Origin: Verrucomicrobiia bacterium
Lineage (GTDB): Bacteria > Verrucomicrobiota > Verrucomicrobiia > Limisphaerales > UBA1319
Direction: 5' to 3'
NCBI GenBank assembly: GCA_963664225.1
Contig: OY760937.1
Location: forward strand, 1,312,001-1,376,000
DNA length: 64,000 nt
In this document: in pieces, positions 12,572-21,593 of the stretch
How positions within the stretch are numbered: the first letter of the stretch is position 1
How the letters are laid out: every line of letters starts with the position of its first letter
Notes under the pieces: model-generated
The model's database searches: none
Told to the model about the DNA's origin: nothing
The model's input: only the letters and a program-made list of their open reading frames with translations
Program-made: the position numbers and the translations under genes

Positions 12572-13245
12572 TCCGGCAATCCGTTTTCTCGTTCAAAACG
12601 ATTGATGTTTTCCCTTCTGCCAACGACCATGCAGAGATCGCGCAAGGCCAGCTTGAGTCGCGGTTCGGCTTCCAAAGCCTGGATCGATCCATCGGGCAAC
12701 GCACGAGTCACAAGCACGACATTGACCCGGTAACGCTCTCGCAACGCAAGTTCTTGCAGGATTTTTCCATCCACCAACGGTCCGAGACGCACTGAGGCAA
12801 GCTGGTAATCTCCGCTCAATTGTTGCCGATCGCTGCCCGCCTGATCCCGAAGGCGTTCCGCAAGCCGGTAGGCCATGTCTCGGGTCGGCAGGACAACCAG
12901 ATCGGCCCCAACGCGCTCGAGAACAACGGCGTGCTTGGCATCCAGAGCCCGTGCAACGATCTTTCCAACGTGAAGTTGTTTTAACGTTAGAGTGGCCAAG
13001 ATGCTGCCCTGCATATTTTCACCGATCGAAACCACCACGGCATCAGCCTCAGCCACGCCGATTTCCTTCAGAGCATCCTCGTCCTCAACATCCATTTGAA
13101 CTGCATGGAAGCCATCCTCCGCCAGATCCTTCACCCTGTCTTCCTTCTGATCTGCAATGACAACTTCACAACCATATTCGGCAAGTCGCGAAGCGAGGTG
13201 GGTGCCAAACCGCCCTGCGCCAAGTATAATGATGCGTTGACTCAT
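12568..13245 (-). CDS. TrkA/KtrA potassium-uptake RCK subunit
   Basis: IILGAGRFG Rossmann motif plus RCK-C domain; adjacent to TrkH/KtrB. Confidence 0.92.
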   Translation of the reverse strand: MSQRIIILGAGRFGTHLASRLAEYGCEVVIADQKEDRVKDLAEDGFHAVQMDVEDEDALKEIGVAEADAVVVSIGENMQGSILATLTLKQLHVGKIVARALDAKHAVVLERVGADLVVLPTRDMAYRLAERLRDQAGSDRQQLSGDYQLASVRLGPLVDGKILQELALRERYRVNVVLVTRALPDGSIQALEAEPRLKLALRDLCMVVGRRENINRFERENGLPE

Positions 13246-13249
13246 AAAT

Positions 13250-14662
13250 TCATCCCAAACCCAAATCTTCCATTGGATATTGCACATGTCGCGGATAGCG
13301 AGGACGCGCAAGATAAAGGGTCATCACCAATGGGGCAATCCTGCCGGTGAACATAAGCACCATGATGACCAGCTTGCCCATGGGAGTTAAGAGCGGAGTG
13401 ACCCCGGTGCTTAATCCCACCGTGCCGAATGCCGAGACGGCTTCAAACAACAAACCCAGCCAATGCTGCGGGGTTGCGGAAGAAGGCTGACCCTGTTCTG
13501 TGATCATTAACAATCCCGCCCCCATCAACACCGTCATTCCTGCCAACAGCCCCAACAATAATGCAATATTGGTAAGATTGGGCGAAATGCGGCGTCCGAA
13601 TATCTGCACATTCTCTCTTCGTCTCAGCGCGCTCCATGCGGTTAACATCAATACTGCAAAGGTGGTGGTTTTGATGCCGCCAGCCATTGATCCTGGCGAG
13701 CCACCGATGAACATCAACAATATCGTCCATAAGAGCGTTGGCTGGTTCATCTCCCCCAAGTCCACGACATTAAAACCGGCCGTGCGCGACATGGTCGAGT
13801 GAAAAAAGGACCAGGACAGTTTGTTGGCTAGTGATGTGTGCTCAAGCGTATGGCCAAGCTCAAACATGAGGGTGGCCGCCATTCCGACGACGAGCAACAA
13901 CAGAGTGGTTGCCAGGACCAGTTTGGTTTGCAGGGCCAGCAATCCCCGCCGGCGCGGGTCGCGCCGCCAGAAATAATAATAGCGCAGATTGATCAATGTC
14001 ATCAATCCAATGCCCCCGGCGATCACCAGCCCGTTTATGACACCCAATACCCCCGGGTTTTCACGCCATCGCACCAACCCCTCAGGATACGTGGAGAAAC
14101 CCGCGTTGCAGAACGCGCTTACGGAATGAAAAGCCGCCTTCCACATGGTCCGTCCTGGTGAAAGGTCCGGCTGGCTCGAATCCATTAGAAAAAACAGGGC
14201 CAGAGTGCCCGCCAGTTCGAAAATCACGATGAAAACGCAACCATAAAGAAACACGTCCAGCGGACGGACTCTTTGAACCCGCCCCATGGTTGTCCGAATG
14301 ATTTGTTCGTCAGACAGAGACAGCTTCCGTCTGCTGAGGAGCACAAGGGAGATGCTCGCCGTGAAAATGCCCAACCCCCCAAGTTGGATCAGGCACAATA
14401 TCACCGCCTGCCCAAGGGTGTTGAAGGATTCAGCAATATTCACGGTGGTCAGCCCAGTAACGCACGTGGCTGATGTGGCTACAAAGGCAGCGTCGAGAAC
14501 ACCCACCGTTTGCCCGGGCCGGTGTGTCCACGGCAGCATCAGCAGGAAGGTGCCCAGCAGAATGAGAACAAGAAATCCTGACGGCACAAGCCGCAGGTCC
14601 ACTTCAGTTCGCCGTGGGAGCACCGAGGTCCATGGGGTTGATTGCGACTCAGTTTTGGGCAT
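13250..14662 (-). CDS. TrkH/KtrB potassium-uptake membrane subunit
   Basis: Four pore loops SATCVTG, SAFCNAG, SRTAG, SAFGTVG; GGIKTTT. Confidence 0.94.
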   Translation of the reverse strand: MPKTESQSTPWTSVLPRRTEVDLRLVPSGFLVLILLGTFLLMLPWTHRPGQTVGVLDAAFVATSATCVTGLTTVNIAESFNTLGQAVILCLIQLGGLGIFTASISLVLLSRRKLSLSDEQIIRTTMGRVQRVRPLDVFLYGCVFIVIFELAGTLALFFLMDSSQPDLSPGRTMWKAAFHSVSAFCNAGFSTYPEGLVRWRENPGVLGVINGLVIAGGIGLMTLINLRYYYFWRRDPRRRGLLALQTKLVLATTLLLLVVGMAATLMFELGHTLEHTSLANKLSWSFFHSTMSRTAGFNVVDLGEMNQPTLLWTILLMFIGGSPGSMAGGIKTTTFAVLMLTAWSALRRRENVQIFGRRISPNLTNIALLLGLLAGMTVLMGAGLLMITEQGQPSSATPQHWLGLLFEAVSAFGTVGLSTGVTPLLTPMGKLVIMVLMFTGRIAPLVMTLYLARPRYPRHVQYPMEDLGLG

Positions 14663-14865
14663 TTTTTTAAATCTTCCACGACCCTTTTAAAGGAGATTCG
14701 ACGTGGTGGATCGACCGACTTGCCACGAATTGCCGCGTTTTTGGCCATGACGAACTGCGACTTCGCAATGGGATCTCATGGACATGAACAACCAGTGTTA
14801 TTTTGAATTCGCAAATCAAGTTCATCAGGGTGGCCATTCTCAAACCAGGTTTCCGATAGCCATCG

Positions 14866-16077
14866 CTAATTCTCGTTGTCCAAACGTACCGACTCGCGCA
14901 TCTCGTCCAGGAAGGTTGGCAATGCCGATTCCACCCGGTTCCAATTGGAAATCAGCGGCGAATTGAGCGGGTCCTCCTGATAACCTTTCGTGGCGATTCG
15001 AATGCTGCGCACAAACGTTGCCACAGCGCTCTCCTCTTCATGGCGTGGATATTTCAACCCGTTCAACGCGGATTCCGCGCCGTAAAATCGGAGCGTATCC
15101 TCGGCCTGCCGCATGTAGGCGCTGAGCACTGTGTCGAAAAGGCCCGTATCGAGTTTGATTCCCTCGGCGGCCATGCGGCGAAAAAAGGATCGGGCAATGT
15201 CCACAGCCATTTTGTTCAGCCCCTTGTCCGGATCGCGGGCGGAGAGTTCCTGGTGCTTGTGGTCGTAATTTTCGCACAACTCGGATTGACAGATGGCGCG
15301 AGGCGAAGAATTGCGGAAGACCTCTGCCAGCATGCCCACCTCCAGCGCCCAGTCATACGGAATCCGCACGCGCCTCACCAGATCCATGTCCATTGAGAAC
15401 TCCCCGGCCAGCGGATACCGGAATGTGTCCATGTAAGTCAGGTAGGGGTGCTGGCCGAGAATGCTTTTGAGCGCTCGCAGCAACGGTGTGACCAGAAGCC
15501 GCATGACGCGGCCATTTAGCTTGTCCGTGACGCGGGCGTAATAGCCTTTGCAAAAGTCAAAACCGAGGCTTGGATGGGCCACCGGATAGCAAAGCCGTGC
15601 CAGTAATTCGCGGCTGTAGGTGAGTATATCACAGTCATGCACCGCCACCATGCGCGCCTGTTCGCTGGCCAGCACATAGCCCAGGCAGGTCCACACATTG
15701 CGCCCCTTGCCACGGGGACCGGCGCTCAGTTCAGCATCTTCCAACTTTGAGTATAGCTGTTGAATTCGAGGACCGTCGTTCCACAACAAAATCGGTTTTT
15801 GCGGCAATTGCGCAAAGAAGGTTCGCGCCTTCTTCCAGCTTCGCATATTGGCGCCATCAATCCCAACAACGATCTGTTTGATGTAGGAAACGTTCTTCAG
15901 CTCGCGTGCTATGAGCTTCAGGGCCCTGGTGCCAAGCTCGCGGATATGGCATGGCAGCACGAGTGCAATCGGCGTTTCCACAACGAACTCCTGCAGTTCT
16001 CGCTCAAGCCGGGGCATGCCTGGAGGTCCCAGTCGATGCAAGGTGGCGATGGCGCCAGTTTGAAAAAAATCAGACAT
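14866..16077 (-). CDS. gpgS: Glucosyl-3-phosphoglycerate synthase-like glycosyltransferase
   Basis: MSDFFQ.G.IATLH, GKGRNVW, HDCDI, KGYY, GRVMRL, YPLAGEF, YDHKHQ; clustered with the GG phosphorylase. Confidence 0.82.
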   Translation of the reverse strand: MSDFFQTGAIATLHRLGPPGMPRLERELQEFVVETPIALVLPCHIRELGTRALKLIARELKNVSYIKQIVVGIDGANMRSWKKARTFFAQLPQKPILLWNDGPRIQQLYSKLEDAELSAGPRGKGRNVWTCLGYVLASEQARMVAVHDCDILTYSRELLARLCYPVAHPSLGFDFCKGYYARVTDKLNGRVMRLLVTPLLRALKSILGQHPYLTYMDTFRYPLAGEFSMDMDLVRRVRIPYDWALEVGMLAEVFRNSSPRAICQSELCENYDHKHQELSARDPDKGLNKMAVDIARSFFRRMAAEGIKLDTGLFDTVLSAYMRQAEDTLRFYGAESALNGLKYPRHEEESAVATFVRSIRIATKGYQEDPLNSPLISNWNRVESALPTFLDEMRESVRLDNEN

Positions 16078-16335
16078 AATTATTTCCTTTCCATGGGGAG
16101 TATCCCGGCGGCGTTTTCATGACGCAGTCTCCCTCAAAACGCCTGCTGGATTGTCAGGACCCGCACCGCGCCCTATGCCAATACCCGCAGGGCGCTTCCC
16201 GATCATTGGGCAAAATATCACACCCCAAAACAATGTCGCGGCGAAAATTGAGCCAGGATGCCGCACGCACCACGAAAATCGCGCTCGGCAAAATCACTCG
16301 AAGTGCCAAAACCACCGAAACGACCAAACCGCACT

Positions 16336-16788
16336 TCATCCGCGCTTGTTCGCATTCCGTGGCTCGCTCTGTTTCCCCGTCGATTGCGTTCGGACGCCGT
16401 CGTCCGTTGTCAAGCCACCAGGCTGGCCGTCAAAAACCACTCCGGCATAGGCGGTCCGCATTAACATTCCGATGGAGATGACAAATAATAATGTAACCAC
16501 GACTGCCGCCAGCCGCTGTCCAGGCATTCCCTCAACTCTGCCCGACCAGCTCATGACGGTCTGAGACAAGAGAACGAAACTCACGGGAACCAGCGTCAGC
16601 ATGGGAAGCACCTTGCCACGACGCCCCAGCATCGCCCGCACGCCCCAGACCAGACACAAAGCACCACCAATCAGACCGGTGATGAAGGTCGGGCGGGTCA
16701 GCACTGGAGCCAAATGTTGAGTCAGATAGCTAAGGCCGACGAGAAGCAAACTGTAAATGACTAATTGTAAACCAAGTGTTTTGTTCAT
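16336..16788 (-). CDS. Hypothetical four-TM membrane protein
   Basis: Four hydrophobic segments starting at MNKTLGL; no family recognised. Confidence 0.65.
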   Translation of the reverse strand: MNKTLGLQLVIYSLLLVGLSYLTQHLAPVLTRPTFITGLIGGALCLVWGVRAMLGRRGKVLPMLTLVPVSFVLLSQTVMSWSGRVEGMPGQRLAAVVVTLLFVISIGMLMRTAYAGVVFDGQPGGLTTDDGVRTQSTGKQSEPRNANKRG

Positions 16789-17160
16789 TGCGCAAGCGAA
16801 TGATTTCGAATTGCTCCAGCCAGTAATGCACGAGTCGAACGGGATGTGGATCCTTGCGAATGTCAAAGTTGACGGGCAACCATATGCGCTCCGACACAGG
16901 CCACTGTATCCGAATCTTCATTACACTGAAACAATTCAGTTTGCTGAATGGCGGCCCGACCATCCTGGTTGTCCTCCGATGGCAAGCGCCATCGAACCCT
17001 TTTGGTTTGTTCAGCGAAGGCTTGCAGCGTTCGCGACATACGGTCACTCTCATTGAAAAGGGCTTACGTGTCAATGAATTGACATGGGACACGCGGTTAA
17101 AGCGGTTAAATTCAAAAATTATTCGCGTTTGAACTGACCGTATGCGAGTCTCACGAAAGC

Positions 17161-18726
17161 ATGGATTTGATCATTTTCCACCACCACTTCCGGCCCGGTG
17201 GCGTGCGGCGCGTGATAGAACTTGCCACACCGCATCTGGTCTCGAACTGGCCTGAGCGAATTAGCATGGTGGTGTTAGCCACTGGTGAAGCACCTGATCC
17301 CGCATGGTTGCGAGCCTTTCGCAAACGGCTTCACGGCCACCGGGTAAAGGTGCAGGTGGAATCTGCTTTTGGCTACGTCTCAGAGATGCCACAGAATGAC
17401 AAGACCATCGCTAATCGCGTAAAGGCTGGCATTACGCGAATGCTGCGCGATATCAATCGGGACAACTGCCTGATCTGGGCGCACAATCTCGGTCTGGGCC
17501 GCAATCTTTTCCTGGCGCGTGAACTCACATTCATGTGCCACCGTAGCGGCATACGCTTGATTTTACATCATCATGATTGGTGGTTCGAGAACCGCTGGAA
17601 TCACTTCACTATCATGCGTCAGACAGGTTTCCGGAAAACTTTGGCTGTGGCCAGAGCGGTTCTCGCAGCTTCCCCGTTTATTGCTCACGCGGCCATCAAC
17701 AACGCCGATGCCATAATTCTGGCAAAACATTTCCCAGGACTGGCAGGATGGTTGCCCAATCCCGTCGAAAATGAGGCGTTACCTTTAGCCGCCCGCGTCG
17801 AAGTCGCCCGAAAATGGTTGTGCACACAAATCGGAGAAGAGTCTCCCGTGTGGCTCCTGCCCAGCCGACTTTTACGTCGGAAAAACATCTGCGAGGCCCT
17901 ATTGCTCACTCGCTGGCTTCGACCCCAAGCATGGCTTGTGACTACCGGAGGCGCCAGTTCAGCAGAGGAACGCACTTATGCGGAAACCCTTGCAAAAGCC
18001 GCGAAAATCCAAGGGTGGCGGCTGCGCTTATCCATCCTGCAAACCAGCAAAAACGCGCAACCTACCATCGCGGAGTTGCTGGCCGCCAGCGAGGCGATCC
18101 TCTTCACTTCTCTGCAGGAAGGATTTGGGCTGCCGTACCTTGAAACGGCAGCGGCCCGCCGCCCCCTCGTCGCTCGGCAACTGCCCAACATTGCACCAGA
18201 CCTTGATCTGTTTGGATTCACATTTCCACAATCCTATTCCGAATTACGGGTGGACCCGGTCTTATTCGATTGGCGCGCCGAGCGCGGCCGCCAGGTTCGC
18301 TTGTTCGCAGAATGGAAAAGTTCAATGCCCCGGGCCGCGTCCCGCCTTGCAGGGAAACCCGCTGTGCTGGCAGCAGGCAAAGATCCCTGCCCCGTGCCAT
18401 TCAGCCGCCTCACCTTGACCGCACAACTGGAAGTTCTGGCCCAACCCGTGGAGTTTTCATGGGATCTGTGCGCCAATCTCAATCCCTTTCTAGAGACGTG
18501 GCGCAAACGAGCTGCACAGCGACGGTTGGAAATCACTCCCTGGCCACGCAAGGCGGAACGCCTGCTCGGCGGAATGGCTTATGCGCAGCGCTTCCTTGCA
18601 CTGCTGCCGACATCACTTTCTCAGGCGCCCCCTTCAACCGCGAGTGAAGCGGCGCAGGCAGAATTCATCCGGAATAAACTGAAGCCAGAAAATATCTACC
18701 CTCTCCTGTGGAACTCGCGCACATGA
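17161..18726 (+). CDS. GT4-like glycosyltransferase
   Basis: HHHFRPGGV, HNLGLG.N, HHHDWW, RLLRRKN, EGFGLPYLE. Confidence 0.85.
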   Translation: MDLIIFHHHFRPGGVRRVIELATPHLVSNWPERISMVVLATGEAPDPAWLRAFRKRLHGHRVKVQVESAFGYVSEMPQNDKTIANRVKAGITRMLRDINRDNCLIWAHNLGLGRNLFLARELTFMCHRSGIRLILHHHDWWFENRWNHFTIMRQTGFRKTLAVARAVLAASPFIAHAAINNADAIILAKHFPGLAGWLPNPVENEALPLAARVEVARKWLCTQIGEESPVWLLPSRLLRRKNICEALLLTRWLRPQAWLVTTGGASSAEERTYAETLAKAAKIQGWRLRLSILQTSKNAQPTIAELLAASEAILFTSLQEGFGLPYLETAAARRPLVARQLPNIAPDLDLFGFTFPQSYSELRVDPVLFDWRAERGRQVRLFAEWKSSMPRAASRLAGKPAVLAAGKDPCPVPFSRLTLTAQLEVLAQPVEFSWDLCANLNPFLETWRKRAAQRRLEITPWPRKAERLLGGMAYAQRFLALLPTSLSQAPPSTASEAAQAEFIRNKLKPENIYPLLWNSRT

Positions 18727-19442
18727 AAATCCGCGCCATCATCTTTGATATTTACGGAACGATTCTTGAAGTTGGCGCCCCTCCACCCGACGCCGACGCG
18801 CGTTGGCAATGCCTTTTTCGCGATCTGTTCCAAACAGATCCAGACATGAGCCGTCTCGATTTCACCGTTGCATCCAGAAATGTGATCCACCACCGGCATA
18901 AAGCCGCACGCGCGCTCGGTATTCCATGGCCAGAAGTTTGCTGGCCTTCGGTCGTGGCCGAAGTTCTGCCCGGATTGTCGCGGCTTTCCCGACAGGATCA
19001 GGAGGAATTTCTTTATCGTCAGATACAGACCGGCCACACCACGCACATTGCGCTTGATACAGCCGCCGCGTTGTGTCTGATGAGGGAGCGCCAATACCTT
19101 ATTGGCATTGCTTCCAATGCCCAGGCTTACACCCTGCGGGAACTCCATGAGAATCTGGCAGCACACGAACTAGATCTTAATTTGTTCGATCAAGACCTCT
19201 GCTTCTGGTCTTTTGAAAACGGCTTCAGCAAACCGGATCCACATGTCTTCCAGCTCCTCACCGCTCGTCTTGCCGCCCGGGGCGTTGGCCCCGGAGAAAC
19301 GCTGATGGTCGGCGACCGGCTCGATAACGACATTGCACCCGCCCGCGCCCATGGCTGGCAGACATGGCGGATAAGCTCCTCGCCAGCGCCTGATGCCACG
19401 GATGAAGGACATTGGAATCAATTGGTCGACCGTTTAACTTAA
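18723..19442 (+). CDS. HAD-superfamily hydrolase
   Basis: FDIYGT, IASN, SKPD, VGDRLDND; 4-nt overlap with the GT gene. Confidence 0.9.
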   Translation: MKIRAIIFDIYGTILEVGAPPPDADARWQCLFRDLFQTDPDMSRLDFTVASRNVIHHRHKAARALGIPWPEVCWPSVVAEVLPGLSRLSRQDQEEFLYRQIQTGHTTHIALDTAAALCLMRERQYLIGIASNAQAYTLRELHENLAAHELDLNLFDQDLCFWSFENGFSKPDPHVFQLLTARLAARGVGPGETLMVGDRLDNDIAPARAHGWQTWRISSSPAPDATDEGHWNQLVDRLT

Positions 19443-19448
19443 TCAGGC

Positions 19449-20231
19449 ATGCGCTCGAGTGATGAACAAAGCAATGTTGACCAGAATCAGGCAACATTCA
19501 CGCCTGCTAAGGGCGGGCAGCAGGAAAAATCGAAAACCTCCGCAACTGCTTCCCGGTATTTTGAGACATCCGGGCTGTTCCGATTTTCGATCACCCAGTT
19601 CCTTTTCGCGCTGATCCTTTTGTTGATCGTCACCCCGTTTCTTTCCGGTTTCCCTCACGGAGATGCCATCACCAGTGTGGTTATGACTCTGGTTCTGATC
19701 TCAGCAGTTCTCGCAATTGGCGGTGGCGGGCGTTTGTTGGCGCTGACTATCTTCCTTGTCCTGCCCGCACTGGCAGCGGCTTGGGTGGATTATTATCAGC
19801 CGGACCTTGTGCCGCGTTGGATCATTACTGGAGTGGGTCTGGTGTTCATCGGGTTCGTGATTGCTCAGTTGCTGCGGTTTATTCTGCGCGCTCCACAGGT
19901 CAATGCCGACGTGCTTTGCGCCGGTATTTCCACTTACCTTTTGCTCGGACTGCTATGGGCTGCGGCCTATTCACTTGTGACGCGGTTGGATCCTCACGCG
20001 TTTGCCCTGCTATATGGCGCGGCCGAAGCCGGACGCATGGGACGGTTTGACAACCTTTACTTCAGTTTTGTCTCCTTAACTTGCCTTGGCTGCAATGACA
20101 TTGTGCCCGTATCGCGGCCCGCAAGAATGTTGATGGTGGTGGAAGCAACTACTGGCGTGCTTTATCTGGCAGTCATGATCGCCCGCCTGGTGGCGCTTTA
20201 TTCGCGGCCACTGCAAAAGAAAGGTGAATAA
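19449..20231 (+). CDS. Potassium-channel-family (Ion_trans_2) protein with atypical filter
   Basis: Multiple TMs; YFSFVSLTCLGCNDIVP in the pore-loop position; ARLV C-terminal motif. Confidence 0.85.
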   Translation: MRSSDEQSNVDQNQATFTPAKGGQQEKSKTSATASRYFETSGLFRFSITQFLFALILLLIVTPFLSGFPHGDAITSVVMTLVLISAVLAIGGGGRLLALTIFLVLPALAAAWVDYYQPDLVPRWIITGVGLVFIGFVIAQLLRFILRAPQVNADVLCAGISTYLLLGLLWAAAYSLVTRLDPHAFALLYGAAEAGRMGRFDNLYFSFVSLTCLGCNDIVPVSRPARMLMVVEATTGVLYLAVMIARLVALYSRPLQKKGE

Positions 20232-20338
20232 AATCCAACGTCCTAAAATCCGAAATTCAGCCTTTCGATGAACTTTGCCGCAATCTGCGCCTTCCTGGCC
20301 CACCATCCAATGAGACGGAACAAAACACGCAACATGAA

Positions 20339-20839
20339 TTGATGAAAAGTTGTTGGCACGTCCCTGCCATAATGCGCATATTAGCCCATGGTGCATATCA
20401 TAAAACTGGTGCTGGCCATTGGGTATGGGCTGGCTATTCTTGTTTTGCTTTGAGCCGATTCGGATATTTCCGCGACGGTTTGTTTTTGGTGGCGTGCTCG
20501 CTCTACGCAATCAATCGGTGGGGCCTGAAACCGCGCATCCACAGTCCATTTCTGCACGATCACTTTAACGATCTGCTGTTGATTCCATGTGCTCTTCCAC
20601 CGTTTTTAATGCTGCTGCGCTGGTTAAATTTACGCACGCACGACAAGCCGCCAGAAACGCGAGAAATCCTTCTCTATCTCGGGGTCTGGTCCATCCTATT
20701 CGAGGTCGTTGGACCTCATATCATGCGCAATGTAACCGGCGATCCACTCGATGTAGTGGCTTACACCGCAGGCGGAATCCTGGCGGGCCTTTGGTGGCAC
20801 CGGTACCGACTCTCGAGTCGTTCAGTCAATGAGCTTTGA
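20339..20839 (+). CDS. Hypothetical membrane protein
   Basis: HFNDLL.IP and GDPLDVVAY..GG motifs; true start may be TTG at 20450. Confidence 0.7.
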   Translation: MMKSCWHVPAIMRILAHGAYHKTGAGHWVWAGYSCFALSRFGYFRDGLFLVACSLYAINRWGLKPRIHSPFLHDHFNDLLLIPCALPPFLMLLRWLNLRTHDKPPETREILLYLGVWSILFEVVGPHIMRNVTGDPLDVVAYTAGGILAGLWWHRYRLSSRSVNEL

Positions 20840-21467
20840 TACCCTGGCACCCCACTATCGCTGGTTGGAACTGCTGTGCGCGGGAAACCTGCTGCAAATT
20901 TGCCGAACGTCCTTTCTTACCCCAGTGCCGGAGGCATCGAACGTTCTCATCCTTGGCGAAGGCAACGGACGTTTTCTCACCGAATGCCGCAGGGCCCTGC
21001 CCGCTGCCAGTATAACCTGTGTCGATGCCAGCGCGCGCATGCTGGGCCTGGCCAAAGAGCACCTTCACAACTCAGGATTAAACCCTCAACCCATAACCTT
21101 TGTTCATGCCAGCATTCTCGAATGGACTCCGCCGTTGGAAACTTTCGACCTGATTGTCACACACTTCTTTCTCGATTGCTTCCGTCCTAACCAGCTTGAG
21201 TCGATTATAACCGCCCTCGCAAACGCAGCCCAATCTCAGGCCATGTGGCTTTTGGCGGATTTCCGGATTCCGGCCAGGGGACTTGCCCGACATCGCGCAC
21301 AGGTGATTCATGGTTTACTGTATGCATTCTTTCGCGCGTTCACCGGGATTTCAGCCTGCAGATTAACTTCTCCTGACGAATCCCTCAGATCCCATCGGTT
21401 TAAACTTATCAAAAGAAAAGAAATCGACTGGGGCCTGCTGCACACCGACAAATGGGTGCGAGAGTAA
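20829..21467 (+). CDS. Class I SAM-dependent methyltransferase
   Basis: LILGEGNGRF, VDAS, THFFLDCF. Confidence 0.88.
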   Translation: MSFDTLAPHYRWLELLCAGNLLQICRTSFLTPVPEASNVLILGEGNGRFLTECRRALPAASITCVDASARMLGLAKEHLHNSGLNPQPITFVHASILEWTPPLETFDLIVTHFFLDCFRPNQLESIITALANAAQSQAMWLLADFRIPARGLARHRAQVIHGLLYAFFRAFTGISACRLTSPDESLRSHRFKLIKRKEIDWGLLHTDKWVRE

Positions 21468-21517
21468 CTTGGGCTGCCAAAATCCTCTCCATTGAAACAG
21501 GCTTCGAACCGGGGCCA

Positions 21518-21545
21518 TCGAAGATTACAATTATGTAATCTTCGA
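21518..21545. promoter_or_regulatory. Perfect 12-4-12 palindrome upstream of degP
   Basis: TCGAAGATTACA-ATTA-TGTAATCTTCGA. Confidence 0.6.
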
Positions 21546-21593
21546 GAAAGGATCCCGCCATGGTCCAAAGCATCCAATATTGTGGAGATGATT

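Noticed and set aside
14670..14860. Possible c-di-AMP riboswitch upstream of trkH/ktrB
   Set aside because: The context is suggestive, but I could not find the conserved ydaO sequence elements.
16093..16110. ATGGGGAGTATCCCGGCG upstream of gpgS
   Set aside because: Poor right half and only 15 bp from the start codon, leaving no room for the promoter geometry.
16730..17092. Overlapping ORFs between the membrane-protein gene and the GT4 gene, and 16154-16339
   Set aside because: No motif or clear RBS; a real frame cannot be chosen.
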